64,000 nt of DNA from Octopus vulgaris (taxonomy: Eukaryota), in contig OX597826.1 of the NCBI GenBank assembly GCA_951406725.2, positions 65,844,001 through 65,908,000 on the forward strand, in the 5' to 3' direction. Below the pieces are notes generated by a model. The model was not told where the DNA came from. It did no database searches and was given only the letters and a program-made list of their open reading frames with translations. The position numbers and the translations under genes were made by a program. The first letter of the stretch is position 1. Each line of letters opens with the position of its first letter. This document shows positions 28,801 to 42,239 of this stretch, piece by piece.

Positions 28801-29129
28801 TAGAAGAGTAAACTATCTTACGTATTGTAGAAGCATAAACAATTTATTGCACATGAATTTTAACAACAAAATCTAATATGGCCCCCGTTGAGGACCTCTG
28901 ATCTAAGTGAAAGATCATCGTGTACTCTGGGACATACACCGGCTTACCTTGTTTATTGAAAAGCGATAGTATATAATCTGATGCATACTGATTAATCACG
29001 TGAAGAAAATAGTGTGATTGTATAGACAAGCGATACTCTCGTTACTGCCTACCGCTGTTGTTATGGTAGCGATGTGAAAGGCCCTACTTAAATCATCATA
29101 CATCTCCTCTTCTTCGCAGCAGAGAAATA

Positions 29130-29320
29130 TCTAAAATGGCAGCGGAGACCTCCGGCATTCTCGGCACCCAGATCATATACCTGCTCATTGTTATTGGCAA
29201 GGAGATGGTTATCTGCAAGTTCGAGCCCCTGAGTTAGACTGGCTGTCCCAGCGCATCTCCTTCGCCGTTCTCCGGAACAACGCCTTTCCCATTTTGTTTT
29301 CTGTCTATAATTTCAATGTT
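29130..29320 (+). mobile_element. CRE-like non-LTR retrotransposon C-terminal remnant
   Basis: GC-rich patch encoding ELDWLSQRISFAVLRNNAFPIL, similar to the QRISxAxxRGNA end motif of RLE-type elements. Confidence 0.5.
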
Positions 29321-29699
29321 TATGAAAACTATACTAATACATTTACTTTCAAAATATACAAAATATATTTGTTTGTAATGGAGGACATGGAAATGAGATT
29401 TATACTTGAAAAGAGGCTCATATTCAACAAACTAATGATCTGACAGAAGGAAAAGTAATCCGACATTACAAACGAATGAAAGAATAGGAAGATATACGGT
29501 GCATTGTTGCATCACAATTACAATCCTTTCTACCTTTAACTGTAAAAAACAAGGACGCTGTTGAGTTTAATTTTATTCTAAACGTAAACTCGTGGAATGT
29601 TTTCACTAGAAATTATATATGATAACGTGACATAAGACTGCCTTATGTCACGATATCATATATAGATTCGCTTGAGTTGGTTATACATATCAGTGGTAT

Positions 29700-29880
29700 T
29701 ATTGTGTTGTCCGGGAAGTTCGCACCGGTCTTACATTTCGACTTATTTTAGAACATGCTTGAGTCAATAAAATAGGTTTTGACTACAACTCCATTTAGAG
29801 CACAGTTTAAGCTATGTTTTCGTGGAAGGAGGTTTATGTTCCTATAACATGTGTTAAATCTGTAACCCTTTAAAATTGAA
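29700..29880. mobile_element. Mariner-like terminal fragment
   Basis: TATTGTGTTGTCCGGGAAGTTCGCACCG resembles the mariner TIR at 59748. Confidence 0.4.
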
Positions 29881-29889
29881 GATAAGAAA

Positions 29890-30849
29890 GTAGTGGACAG
29901 AGTAGAGGCCGGGCAATGTGGACTCAGTCAGAACATCACGGTTATATTCTCCTCTTTTGTGTTGGTGGTGGTTGTGGAGGTTCTCGTACAAGTGGTAGTA
30001 ATGGCGATGGTGGTGGTGGTGCTGAAAGACTGTGATGGGGATTGAGAAGGTAAATGTGATGTCCATGACGGCGGCGTTGCTGGAGCAAAATCAACGGTTT
30101 ACCTTACCTTTAGCTATTTCAATCTGTTGCATTTACTTCTCCTTACCCCACCTCTACTTCTCTAGACATTTCACACACATGCACATACATATACGCGCGC
30201 TTGTGCACGTATTAACACACTCATACATTTATATATACATGCATATATATATATATATATATTTCTTTATTGCCCACAAGGAGCTAAACATAGAGGGGAC
30301 AAACAAGGACAGACAAACGGATTAAGTCGATTATATCGACCCAGTGCGAAACAGGTACTTTATTTATCGACCCCGAGAGGATGAAAGGCAAAGTCGACCC
30401 CGGCGGAATTTGAACTCAGAACGTAACGATAGACGAAATACCGCTAAGCATTTCGTCCGGCGCGCTAACGTTTCTGCCAGCTCGCATGTATATATACATG
30501 CATACGTGCGTACATAGATATATAAATATAGACCCCCACGCACACACACACTTACACATATACATACGTATATACATACATGCATACATACATGCATGCA
30601 TACATATATACATATGCATATATAACAAGCACAACACGTTGTATATGAAAATACGCAAGAAGCGTTGAGTAGAGGTTGTTTCATGAGGCAGCGATCAGCG
30701 TGAAAGTCACTTCTAGTGCACCCACGAATGCTTTAGGCAATTACATTGTGCTGACAGCTGATAAACAGCTGTTCCCTTCTATCTACCTTCTTTGTAATCT
30801 CTTTTCCTCCTCTTTCTTTCTCTAACCTCCCTCTCTCTCTCTGCATCTT

Positions 30850-30919
<70 letters not shown>

Positions 30920-30948
30920 AATCTATCTGTCTTCTGTCTGTCTAGGAG

Positions 30949-30996
<48 letters not shown>

Positions 30997-31136
30997 GTAG
31001 ATACAGCCATAAATCTGTAGATATATTCTTATATATACATACCCACATACATGCATATTCTTTTCTTTTATTCTTTAACTTGTTTCAGGCATTATATATA
31101 GATATATATATGCACATATGTATAAATATGTGTATG

Positions 31137-31171
<35 letters not shown>

Positions 31172-31314
31172 CTGGTAGTGGACAAAGTAGAGATCGGGCA
31201 ATGTGGACTCAGAACATCACGGTTATATTCTCCTCTTTTGTATTGGTGGTGGTTGTGGTGGTTCTCGTACAAGTAGTAGTAATGGTGATGGCGGTGGTAC
31301 TGAAAGATTGTGAT
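29890..31314 (+). repeat. Local ~140-bp direct duplication (29890-30036 and 31175-31314)
   Basis: Shared GTAGTGGACA...AGAACATCACGGTTATATTCTCCTCTTTTG...CTGAAAGA.TGTGAT. Confidence 0.9.
30260..30485 (-). mobile_element. SINE family A
   Basis: Reverse-complement match to 11764-11994. Confidence 0.88.
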
Positions 31315-31384
31315 ACATATATGTATATGTATATATAATATATATGTATGCGTGTGTGTGTGTGTGTTTATATATATATATGTA

Positions 31385-31456
<72 letters not shown>

Positions 31457-31770
31457 TATATATGCATATAACTATATATACCTATAGGTATATGCATATA
31501 TGAAAGGATGTATGCATACGTATAGGTACATATATCTATGTATACACACACACACTCACACACACACATGCTTATGTTAATTATTAATACGTATATAAAT
31601 ATATATATTCTTTTACTTGTTTCAGTCATTTGACTGCGGCCATGCTGGAGTACGCCTTTAGTAAAATAAATTCTTACTACACAGCCACACCTGCGCCTAT
31701 ATATGAATATATATACGGTTACCAATTTGTGTAGCAAGATTTCTGGTGTGAAATCGTGTGTTGAAACCGA

Positions 31771-32064
31771 TGTTATATTTCGGGATGGTGGTTTTTTTTT
31801 TTTGGTGGGGGGGCAAATAAACATATGCACTATATATTTTTTCTTCACTCATTTATTACTGTTCTTATTTTATTGTTTTAACTGATGTCCATTGTCAGGA
31901 AATCTTTCGTCATGCGTCTGTGACCGCTTCAGCGAAAAATGTCACTGAAGAGGTCACAGATGTGTGAGGAAAGATTTCTGAACAATGGACATGAGTTAAA
32001 ATAATAAAATAAGAACAGTGATAAATGAGTGAAGAAAAAAAAATGACCATCTCGAAATACAACA
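31771..32064. repeat. Fold-back element with hammerhead-like cores at its centre
   Basis: Arms meet at ~31935/31942. CTGAAGA at 31945 and GAAA at 31969. Homologous to 37172-37477. Confidence 0.9.
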
Positions 32065-32097
<33 letters not shown>

Positions 32098-32131
32098 AAT
32101 CAAAATAAGCAACAAGGATATCCAGAGGTAA

Positions 32132-32217
32132 TGCAATACGATCGTTTCATGCAACTCCATTTAATTGAACAATGCAATCATTACATCAATTTAAAAGCGG
32201 AGCAATCCTCAGCTGCA
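32132..32217 (-). ncRNA. Minimal type I hammerhead ribozyme motif
   Basis: Minus strand: TGCAG-CTGAGGA-(TGC..CTCC/GGAG..GCA long stem II)-GAAA-CGATCG-TA-TTGCA. Confidence 0.7.
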
Positions 32218-32341
32218 CAAAGACAGAATTTAAATTAAATTAAATTAAAACAGATGGACACATTAGTATAATTATACCTAAAATCTCCAAGAAGTGAAGG
32301 AGGTAGACAAAAAACGTGCTGCCTTATATATGTGTGTGTGC

Positions 32342-32392
<51 letters not shown>

Positions 32393-32394
32393 AG

Positions 32395-32605
32395 TGTATG
32401 TCTGTGTTTGTTCCTCCCACTAATATCGCTTGACAACCGATGCTGGTTTGTTTACTTCCCCGTAACTTTGCGGTTCGACAAAAGAGACCGGTAAAATAAG
32501 TATTAGGCTTACAAAGAATAAGTCCTGAGGTCGATTCGTTCAACTAAAGGCGGTACTCCAGCATGGCCGCAGTCAAATGACTGAAACAAGTAAAAGAATA
32601 AAAGA
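32395..32605 (+). mobile_element. SINE family B 3' half
   Basis: Match to family B tail. Confidence 0.8.
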
Positions 32606-32613
32606 ATGAAAGA

Positions 32614-32673
<60 letters not shown>

Positions 32674-32684
32674 ATGTATGTATG

Positions 32685-32715
<31 letters not shown>

Positions 32716-34745
32716 GTATTGTTCTATTTCGGGATGGTGATATGTATGTTTGAACTTGTATCTACATATGCTGAGGAATAAGAGAGAGGAAAACAGACAG
32801 AGATCCAGAGAGAAATTTGTGTACGAGAGGGACGAATGTGGGGCGAGAGAAATAGAACGATGAGAAAGGGAAGTTTGCTTGAGAGAGGCGGTGGGAGTAA
32901 AGAATGTACAAATTAAAGACAGTTTTCCCTACATAAGCAAAGGCTCATCGAAAAAGCCTACGCGGAAGTCTATATATGGTTGCTTGACCTGCTGTCAAAA
33001 ATAGCCAAATCTACCTCACTGAGAACACGTTAGATATTGTATTGGTATATGTATCTGAAACAAGACGGGATGATCGCAGCAGGAATGTCTTTAATCAGGG
33101 AAGGCCAACAGCTTAATCAACAACAAGAATAACAACAGATTGACCAGTATACAAGCCACTGCTTTTTGCTGATATCTTTATCAACAAGCATTTGTATATA
33201 CATAGTGAATAACAAAATGAATTTCTCCTATGAAAATCTGGCTTGAAGGAATATATTCAGATGTTTGCTGCGAACGAAAGATAAGGACAAGGTTCTAAGA
33301 TATTCTTGATCAGTGGATTATATACCGCCGCAAACCATCCACCTCATTCAACCACCTATTTTAAATATAAATTCTGTGTCCTATTTTCTGTTGCACTTCC
33401 TCTCATTATGGTAAATCTCCATGGCTCTTCAAAAGCCAACGGGTGAATCTTTACATAGTCACCCGACCTGCTAAAAATAAGTCAAACTTCTCTCTCTGTC
33501 TCTTTCTGTCTGTCTGTCTGTTTGTCTCTCTCTCTCTATCCCTCTCTCTCTCTCTCTCTCTCTCTCTTCCCTCTGTCTCTGTCAAATCACATCCTACCTG
33601 TGGAAGTAGTCTTAGGTATGCCACTAAAATAACGAATCAGTCGTGGCTGGAATACATTTATTCATAAATTTGATAGCTCAGGGTTGACCTTAGGACGACC
33701 CAAAACAAAATCAACAACAAACAAGGTTCTATTTCCATATTTTTAATCTGTAGGGTGACGTTATGACCTCTAATATGCCGCTTGATTTGACTCTAACCTT
33801 ACATGTTGTTGAGTGCCATGACTAGAAGAAGACCTTTAATACGCACATACAACCCACATTTTCCTGGTGCACATTAATCTACAGATATTCAGACATGTCA
33901 TCAGCCACATCAATCTCATCAGTTTGGAAACCATTGATTCACAGATGTTCAAACTGAGCATCTGTCACACTGATTTCACCAGTCTGGAAGAAGGGCCATC
34001 AAAGTTCATGAGTACTATCCAACCTTATAAGCACTTCCTCCTTATAAACGCACAAATACGTACATAAGACCGCATCTACAAACTAGAAACACAGTTCTAT
34101 GCTCAGCACATATATAGAATATATGTAGTGTACAGATAGTTATCACTCACAAGTATGAATTGGTACAATGTAACACGGTTTTGCTAAATGTTTTACGTAC
34201 CTAAGTAATTGTGAGCAGGTATGGACACCCTCTCCTCTCTTCACTCTTGACTTGCGGACCATTCAGAATATTACAGTTAGCGGAAATAGGGGGAGGGAGG
34301 GAGAGAGAGAGAGGACTGCACTGGAATTCGGCAAATACTGGAGTAAAAAAAAATGAACTGCCTTTCAAAAGTTCTCACTCCATTCTGCTTCAAGTAATTA
34401 TGGCTTTGTTGTTTAAGGATGTTGTTTAAACGTTGTTTAAAGATTTTGAAAGAAACACCCATGTTTCCAAAGGTGAATTATCCAAACCGCAAAACGAAAG
34501 AAAATTCCTCTCAACAACATGGCTGTGATGCTCCCCCACTACTTCAGCTCATGATCAGAGATGTTCATATCGTCAGCCATCAAGGGACATGGTTAACTGG
34601 TTATGGTCAAACATCTGACAAGCAAATCTGTGGTATTGAGCAGAATATTTGATGTTAGCCCATCTTATATACCAAATTATTATTATTATTGTTGTTGTTG
34701 TGGTTGTTGTGGCTGTTGTTGTTGTTGTTGTTGTTATTATTATTA

Positions 34746-34825
<80 letters not shown>

Positions 34826-34828
<3 letters not shown>

Positions 34829-35320
34829 TAGTCTTAATCTTATCACGTGCATTCACTGCACTACCGATCACAGCTCTGTGTGTGTTCGGTTTGTGCTGTA
34901 GTTTGTTGTGATGCTCTTATAGTTACTGTATTAAAAGTGTTTTACGTAGGACGTGTGCAGTGTCTAGTAATTCTATTTTCTGTATGTTATATATATTTGT
35001 TAGTCCTGGTGTTTTTGTTATGTATTTGTCTCAATATTTTTTAACATACTTGATGCGCCCACTATGATAAGAATTGTTTCTGTTTTTGACTCCACACTCG
35101 AGTTACCTCTATTTCCAAGTCTTTCTATTTTGAAAGTTTCTCCATTTCTTTCAGAGAAATGTTGTCATCTGTTGGTATTAGAAAGCATTTTTTTCTTCAC
35201 AATCTCTGAGAACTAAATCTGGCCTATTGGCCTTAATTTCTCTATCTATGTGTTTTGGCATATCCCATAGTATTGTTGCTACCTAGAATTTTGTTATTAC
35301 TGCATATTATAGTTCCTATC
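34826..35320 (-). mobile_element. R4/Dong-like non-LTR retrotransposon 3' end (RLE endonuclease) ending in (TAA)n
   Basis: Minus strand DREIKANRPDLVLRDCEEKKCFLI...EKLSK*KDLEIEVTRVW...IIVGA. The 3' end runs into the (AAT)n array at 34677-34825. Confidence 0.8.
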
Positions 35321-35334
35321 CCTTTTTTTTTGTT

Positions 35335-35687
35335 TATTTGTTTCAGTCATTTGACTGCGGCTATGAACAAATCGACTCCAAGACTTATTCTTTGTAAGCC
35401 TAGTACATATTCTATCGGTCTCTTTTGCCAAACCGTTTAGTTACGGAGACGTAAACACACCAACATCGGTTTTCCAACGATGGCGTGGAGACACACAAAC
35501 GCATAAATATATACATATATATACGACGGGATTCTTTCAATTTCCGTCTACTAAATCCATTCTCAAGGCTTTGGTCGGCTCGAGGCTATAAAAGAAGACA
35601 GTTGCCCTAGGTGCCACGCAGTGGGACTGACCCGGAACCATGTGGCTGGGAAGCAATATTCTTACCACATAGCCACGCCTGCGCCTA
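35335..35687 (-). mobile_element. SINE family B
   Basis: Reverse-complement match. Confidence 0.8.
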
Positions 35688-36036
35688 TCTGACTCTTAAT
35701 TGCAAATTATGAGATTGTAGAAGCCTCAGGTGGCTCTCTTAACATTCTCTGTTTATATCATTATGTTAACCCTTCAGACATATGTATTAATTGCAGGTAG
35801 GGACGTCATATTTCATTTTGCAACCATATTATACTACCAAGTATATTAGAGGCTTTTATAAATCAATACTGCATCCTACTTGTGTTATCAATGCTATTCA
35901 ATCAATTTTCAAAGTTATCTCTAAAATTTTCTATAGAAATTAGAGCTAGCACTGAAAGTAACGACGTTTCGTAAACGAATATGTCAATGTAAACAATACG
36001 ATCGAAAATAGAAAAATATCTATTTTTCTACCTATT

Positions 36037-36136
36037 NNNNNNNNNNNNNNNNNNNNNNNNNNNNNNNNNNNNNNNNNNNNNNNNNNNNNNNNNNNNNNNN
36101 NNNNNNNNNNNNNNNNNNNNNNNNNNNNNNNNNNNN
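36037..36136. other. Assembly gap (100 N)
   Basis: Run of N. Confidence 1.
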
Positions 36137-36187
36137 AAAATACATACATAATACTACATACATATATATATATGTACATATACATAT

Positions 36188-36232
<45 letters not shown>

Positions 36233-36235
<3 letters not shown>

Positions 36236-36516
36236 TCTTTTACATGTTTCTGTCATCTGACTGCGGTATCTATATAAAAATACACATATGTATGTGTGTG
36301 TATGTATGTATTTATGTATGTATGTATGTATGTATGTATGTATGTATGTATGTATGTATGTATGTATGTATGTATGTATATATGTATATATGTATATATA
36401 TATATATTCTTTTACATGTTTCTGTCATCTGACTGCGGTATCTATATAAAAATACACATATGTATGTGTGTGTATGTATGTATTTATGTATGTATGTATG
36501 TATGTATGTATGTATG

Positions 36517-36547
<31 letters not shown>

Positions 36548-36720
36548 TATGTATATATATGATATATATATATATAAAATACATGTTTCAGTCATCTGTA
36601 CTGTGTATCTATATAAAAATGTACATATGTATGTATGTGTGTATGTATGTATTTATGTATGTATGTATGTATTTATGTATGTATGTATGTATGTATTCAT
36701 GTATGTGTGTGTGTATATGC
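36233..36720. repeat. Composite tandem repeat (~170-bp unit: SINE-B tail fragment plus TATG/TA microsatellite) x2-3
   Basis: TTCTTTTACATGTTTCTGTCATCTGACTGCGGTATCTATATAAAAATACACATATG repeated. Confidence 0.85.
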
Positions 36721-36869
36721 ATGTATAATGTATATACGTAGAGAAGTATATTCTTGTAAGCGGATTTGGTGGTCGGTGACTGGGAGTGGCGTATATATGT
36801 ATACATGTGTGTATGTATGTGAGGGGGGGTGTAGATTGTTTGAAGTGGTGTACAGATTTCATATATTAA

Positions 36870-37028
36870 AAAAAAAAAGAGGTCGTCAGAATTGTTGATA
36901 GTTATTTATTTAGCGCTTTCATGTCGTTTCGGAGAATCATCAGAAATGATGAATTCTGGATTATTCTCCGAAACGAAATGAAAGCATTAGTTAAATAATT
37001 ATCCACTATTCTGACGACCTCTTTTTAA
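36870..37028. repeat. Diverged fold-back (~70-bp arms)
   Basis: AAGAGGTCGTCAGAAT...GTTTCGGAGAAT / ATTCTCCGAAAC...ATTCTGACGACCTCTT. Confidence 0.85.
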
Positions 37029-37171
37029 TAATTTGTATGTGGGTGTGTATAGGTCTGTGGGTGAGTATGCGCGTGCATGTGTGTGTTTGTATGCATATAT
37101 ATGTGTGTGTGTGTATGTGTATATATATATGCGTATATATATATATATATATATATATATACTTACATACA

Positions 37172-37477
37172 TGTTGTATTTCGGGATGTTCATTGTTTTT
37201 TTGCCAGATAAATAGACGCACTATATACTTTTTCTTCACTCGTTTATTACTGTTCCTATATATATCCATTTTCCCGGAAACCTTTCGTCACGCATCTGTG
37301 ACCTCTTCAGCGATACTTTTCGTTTTCGTGTGTGTTCTTGCTCTACTTACTCCGTTCTTTTCTCAGACAATGGACATGAGTTAAAATAATAAATAAGAAC
37401 AGTAATAAACGAGTGAAGAAAAAGTATATAGTGCGTGTGTTTATTTGGAAAAAAAATCACCGACCCGAAATACAACA
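37172..37477. repeat. Fold-back element, same family as 31771-32064
   Basis: TGTTGTATTTCGGG...CACTCGTTTATTACTGTTC / GAACAGTAATAAACGAGTG...CCCGAAATACAACA. Confidence 0.9.
37275..37312 (-). ncRNA. Hammerhead-like motif within fold-back element
   Basis: Minus strand: CG-CTGAAGA-G-GTCAC-AGATGC-GTGAC-GAAA-GGTT-TC-CG. Confidence 0.55.
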
Positions 37478-37614
37478 ATAACTGTTTCAAGATACAATTT
37501 CACATCAGGAATCTTGCAAAACGAATAGTTAACGTGTATATATATATATATATACATACATACATATATATGTTGTGTGTATATGTAAGTATGTATATAC
37601 ATATATATACATAC

Positions 37615-37651
<37 letters not shown>

Positions 37652-37934
37652 CATTTATATATATATATATATATATATATGCAGGTGTTATTAAAATTCT
37701 TTTACTTCCGACACATGTTTCGAAGATATCACTGGTATTATTCCAAAGGAACAAGGGGAAAATATACACATCTATTTATACATATATATATTGTTTCATT
37801 TATATTTCCTGAGCGCCATACTAATACAATTGTTTGTTTGTATTCCACCTGCCTTCGTCTTTTGTTTATTTCCGTAAACCTGCCTTCGTCTTTTGTCTAT
37901 TTTCATAAAGCTTACCGTTATATATATATATATG

Positions 37935-37967
<33 letters not shown>

Positions 37968-38356
37968 GTGTGTGTGTGTGTAAGTATATATATATATATA
38001 TACGTTTATATATATACATATTACATGTATACACACACAACTGTATGTGTGTGTGTGTGTGTGTGTGTTTATACACATATTCAAAACTAAAATGTCCCTC
38101 TAAATTTCCCATTCTTCTTTGTACGCTGTTTTCAGTCATTTGGTTTCAGCAGCCATCAATCAAAGATGACGCAGTATGTCTGTCTGTTTGGAGTGCACGC
38201 CATGATGATTTACGTTGTGAATTAAAAACACCAAAGCTAGGTAGACATACATACACAGTGACAGTGATCAAAAAATAGACTAAAAGGACAAACTGACACA
38301 GCGTGTTTGCGCGTGTATGTGAAACAAAGAGAGGGTTTATAGATAGGTAGATGGAT

Positions 38357-38422
<66 letters not shown>

Positions 38423-38607
38423 GACAGACTGAGAGAGAGTGACGAAGTGACAGATAAACAGATTAACTAAACGATATGTTTGTTCGTAGGACGACGACTC
38501 AAGGAAGATAAAAGAAAGCCATACTGTGTTGTGTAAGATAACTAGGGATTTGAACTCAGAATGTAAAAACAAACGTGCTACTGTTTCAGCCAGCTCCACA
38601 CACACAC

Positions 38608-38745
<138 letters not shown>

Positions 38746-39049
38746 TGTGCGTGTATGTATATGTATTGATGATGTACGTATGCAAGTATATATAGTAAGC
38801 GTTATTGGCGAGAAATTTGATCTGGAGCTGTTTGTTATAATAGGTTCTGTGCTGAATATATTTCTGTCATATCCTGTAATATGATCAACCGCCGTGCCCC
38901 TCATTTATTAAACGTTTGCTATATTTCTGTTGCAACATTTATTATCTTACGTCAATAATATCAAACTATTTCGTCCTCTAGTTCCAGCATCTTCAAACAC
39001 ATGTCTGTCTGTATCTTTATGTCTTTCTGTCTCACTTTCTTTCTTTATT

Positions 39050-39089
<40 letters not shown>

Positions 39090-39273
39090 ACATAAATACA
39101 CATACACACTTAGAGATAAATAAATAAATAGACAGATAGATAGTTATGTATGTATGTATGTATGTATGTATGTATGTATGTATGTATGTATGTATGTATG
39201 CATTTGTGTAGTATGCATGCATGCATGTATGTATGTATCTATGTATGTATGTATATATGTATGCATGTATGTA

Positions 39274-39540
39274 GAGCGCATGGCCTAGTGTTCATCATGT
39301 TGTACTCACGATCGCGAGATCGCGGTTTCAATTCCTGGACCGGATGGATGCGTTGTCTTCTTGAGTAAATCACTTCATCTCACGTAGCTCTGCGATCACT
39401 TCGACACCTGACGCGTGATACACCGTGCACCTGTTCGGGTAATATCAATTTAAAGGCAAGAGCTAATGTACAACACATGCACTTGATCGTTACAAACAGA
39501 TCATTTGTGCAGGTTGGGCAGCAAGAAATTGCAGTTCCGG
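39274..39540 (+). mobile_element. tRNA-derived SINE family C (related pieces at ~4590-4690, 9980-10065, 28050-28170, 47960-48070, 56290-56520)
   Basis: Head with A box TGGCCTAGTG and B box GGTTTCAATTCC, followed by TTCTTGAG.AAA.CACTTCAT. Confidence 0.7.
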
Positions 39541-39762
39541 CTGTTTCGGATTACAAAAAGCTTCCATCGTATAAATGTACGGCTTGATAACATGCACTTT
39601 TCGGTAACTGCTTTACGAGCCTATGTGTGTGTTTGTGAGGGACTCTCCCGTCGAAGACGACGTATGAGCGTTCAGCTTTTACCGAACGACCTGCACAAAT
39701 GATTCTAGATATCAAATGTTCGTGCCGCACATTAGCTCACTCCCTCCATATATATATATATG

Positions 39763-40290
<528 letters not shown>

Positions 40291-40363
40291 GATATATTAT
40301 ATTATATTATATTATATTATATTATATTATATTATATATATTATATATATATATATATTATAT

Positions 40364-40440
<77 letters not shown>

Positions 40441-40810
40441 CAAACACTTACACACAGATACACACACACATACATGCATACATACGTATATAAATATATA
40501 CATATACATACATACATATATATTTGTGGTTGTGTGTGCATGCATGCGTGACATCGCTAGTTGAAATGTCGGTAGACCCCTACGCACATTTCCGGGGTTT
40601 TATTAACGTTTTACATCAAAGCCGCCATGGACTGAAAGCTGTAGATTATATAATCGATAAACTAAGAAAGAAAAGAAGAGATCTGAAACCAACCCAGTCA
40701 GATTGTCTAGAGTAATTATATTAATTCTATCTTCTCTTCTTTCGGATATTGTCTCTCATCATTCAAGCAATTGTTTTGTTATTCGTATTGTTGTTTATTT
40801 TTTGTCGTTG

Positions 40811-40843
<33 letters not shown>

Positions 40844-41099
40844 ATATTAGAATCGTTAGCACGCCGGGCAAAATGCTTAGCAGTATTTCATCAGCTTTAC
40901 ATTTGGAAAATTTTATGGGCTTTGGAAAATTTTATGTACGTACAGAGGAGAAATTAGTGGTAGAGACTATAGATGCATCTATTCAGTAGTCTTTGTAGTC
41001 TTTGTCTCCTATCTAAATATTAGCATTTTTTACAAAACATTTGAATGTAATATTATGATAAAATGCTTGATACCTAGAATCACAACAACGACATTAATA

Positions 41100-41300
41100 A
41101 TGATCCTTTCTACTATAGGCAACAAGATATGAAATTTCGGGGAGAGGGTTAGACGATTACATCGATCTCAATACTTCACTGTACTTATTTTATCGACGTC
41201 GAAAGAATGAAAGTGAAAGTTGACTTCGGTGAAATTTGAACTCAGAACGTAAAGGCGGACGAAATACTCCTAAGCATTTTGTCTGGCGCGCTAATGATTT
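41100..41300 (-). mobile_element. SINE family A, older copy (similar partial copies at ~2697-2835, 8465-8650, 53530-53700)
   Basis: Diverged match to family A consensus. Confidence 0.7.
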
Positions 41301-41459
41301 TGCCTATGTTGGTTGTAATCGGTCAGCACACTTAACGCGAAACAACATAAATAATAATAATAACAACAACAACAACTGTAGCAAGTGATTTCGAAATGTA
41401 AACGAGTAATGAAATAAAATCGAATATATACCACCAATGTATCTAAATCATAAACAATA

Positions 41460-41649
41460 TAGGAGTGGCTGTGTGGTAAGTTGCTTGCTTGCCAACCACA
41501 TCGTTCCGGGTTCAAGTCTCATAGCGTGGCACCTTGGGCAAGTGTCTTCTACTATAGCCTCGGGCCGACCAAAACCTTGTGAGTGGATTTGGTAGACGAA
41601 ACTGAAAAGAAGCCCGTCGTATATGTATCTGTGTATATATATATATATA

Positions 41650-41685
<36 letters not shown>

Positions 41686-41845
41686 TGTGTGTGTGTGTGT
41701 GTGTTTGTGTATCTGTGTTTGTACCCCCAACATCGCTTGACAACCGATGCTGGTGTGTTTACGCCCCCGTGACTTAGTGGTTCGGCAAAAGAGACCGATA
41801 GATTAAGTACTAGGCTTACAAAGAATAAGTCCTGGGGTCGATTTC
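41460..41845 (+). mobile_element. SINE family B, truncated at the MITE
   Basis: AGGAGTGGCTGTGTGGTAAG head and ACCTTGGGCAAGTGTCTT core. Confidence 0.88.
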
Positions 41846-41846
41846 C

Positions 41847-42066
41847 CCTCGACTCTCGTGGGTGTTATGTTAAAAAAAAAAACCCGCGATATGTGAAAAT
41901 CAGCGAAGTAGAAGCAGTACTGTACTGTATATTTTATTACTATTTTCTTTTTATAATTTGTATATATTTATTCTATCATAAATGCAAAACGACACCACGG
42001 AGGAATCGGTATAAGCTTAAATAATAGACAACGATAGGTGAACCGTGATATGGCGAGGGATTACTG
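41847..42066. mobile_element. Same pogo/Tigger-like MITE family
   Basis: Reverse-complement match to 14889-15112; ends GGCGAGGGATTACTG-TA. Confidence 0.8.
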
Positions 42067-42239
42067 TAGAATGCATCTGCTAGCATATGCAGTAAATCAT
42101 GGCTGGATCTCCATTTGAATCGGGTTGGCTTTGGATATCATCGAGTTAGTTTGCAATTCTGGTAGAAATTTCCAAATTTCTCTTCGATAAAAATAAGTTT
42201 AAAGTTCGTATGATGTCTTGGTGAGATTGAATTAACGAC

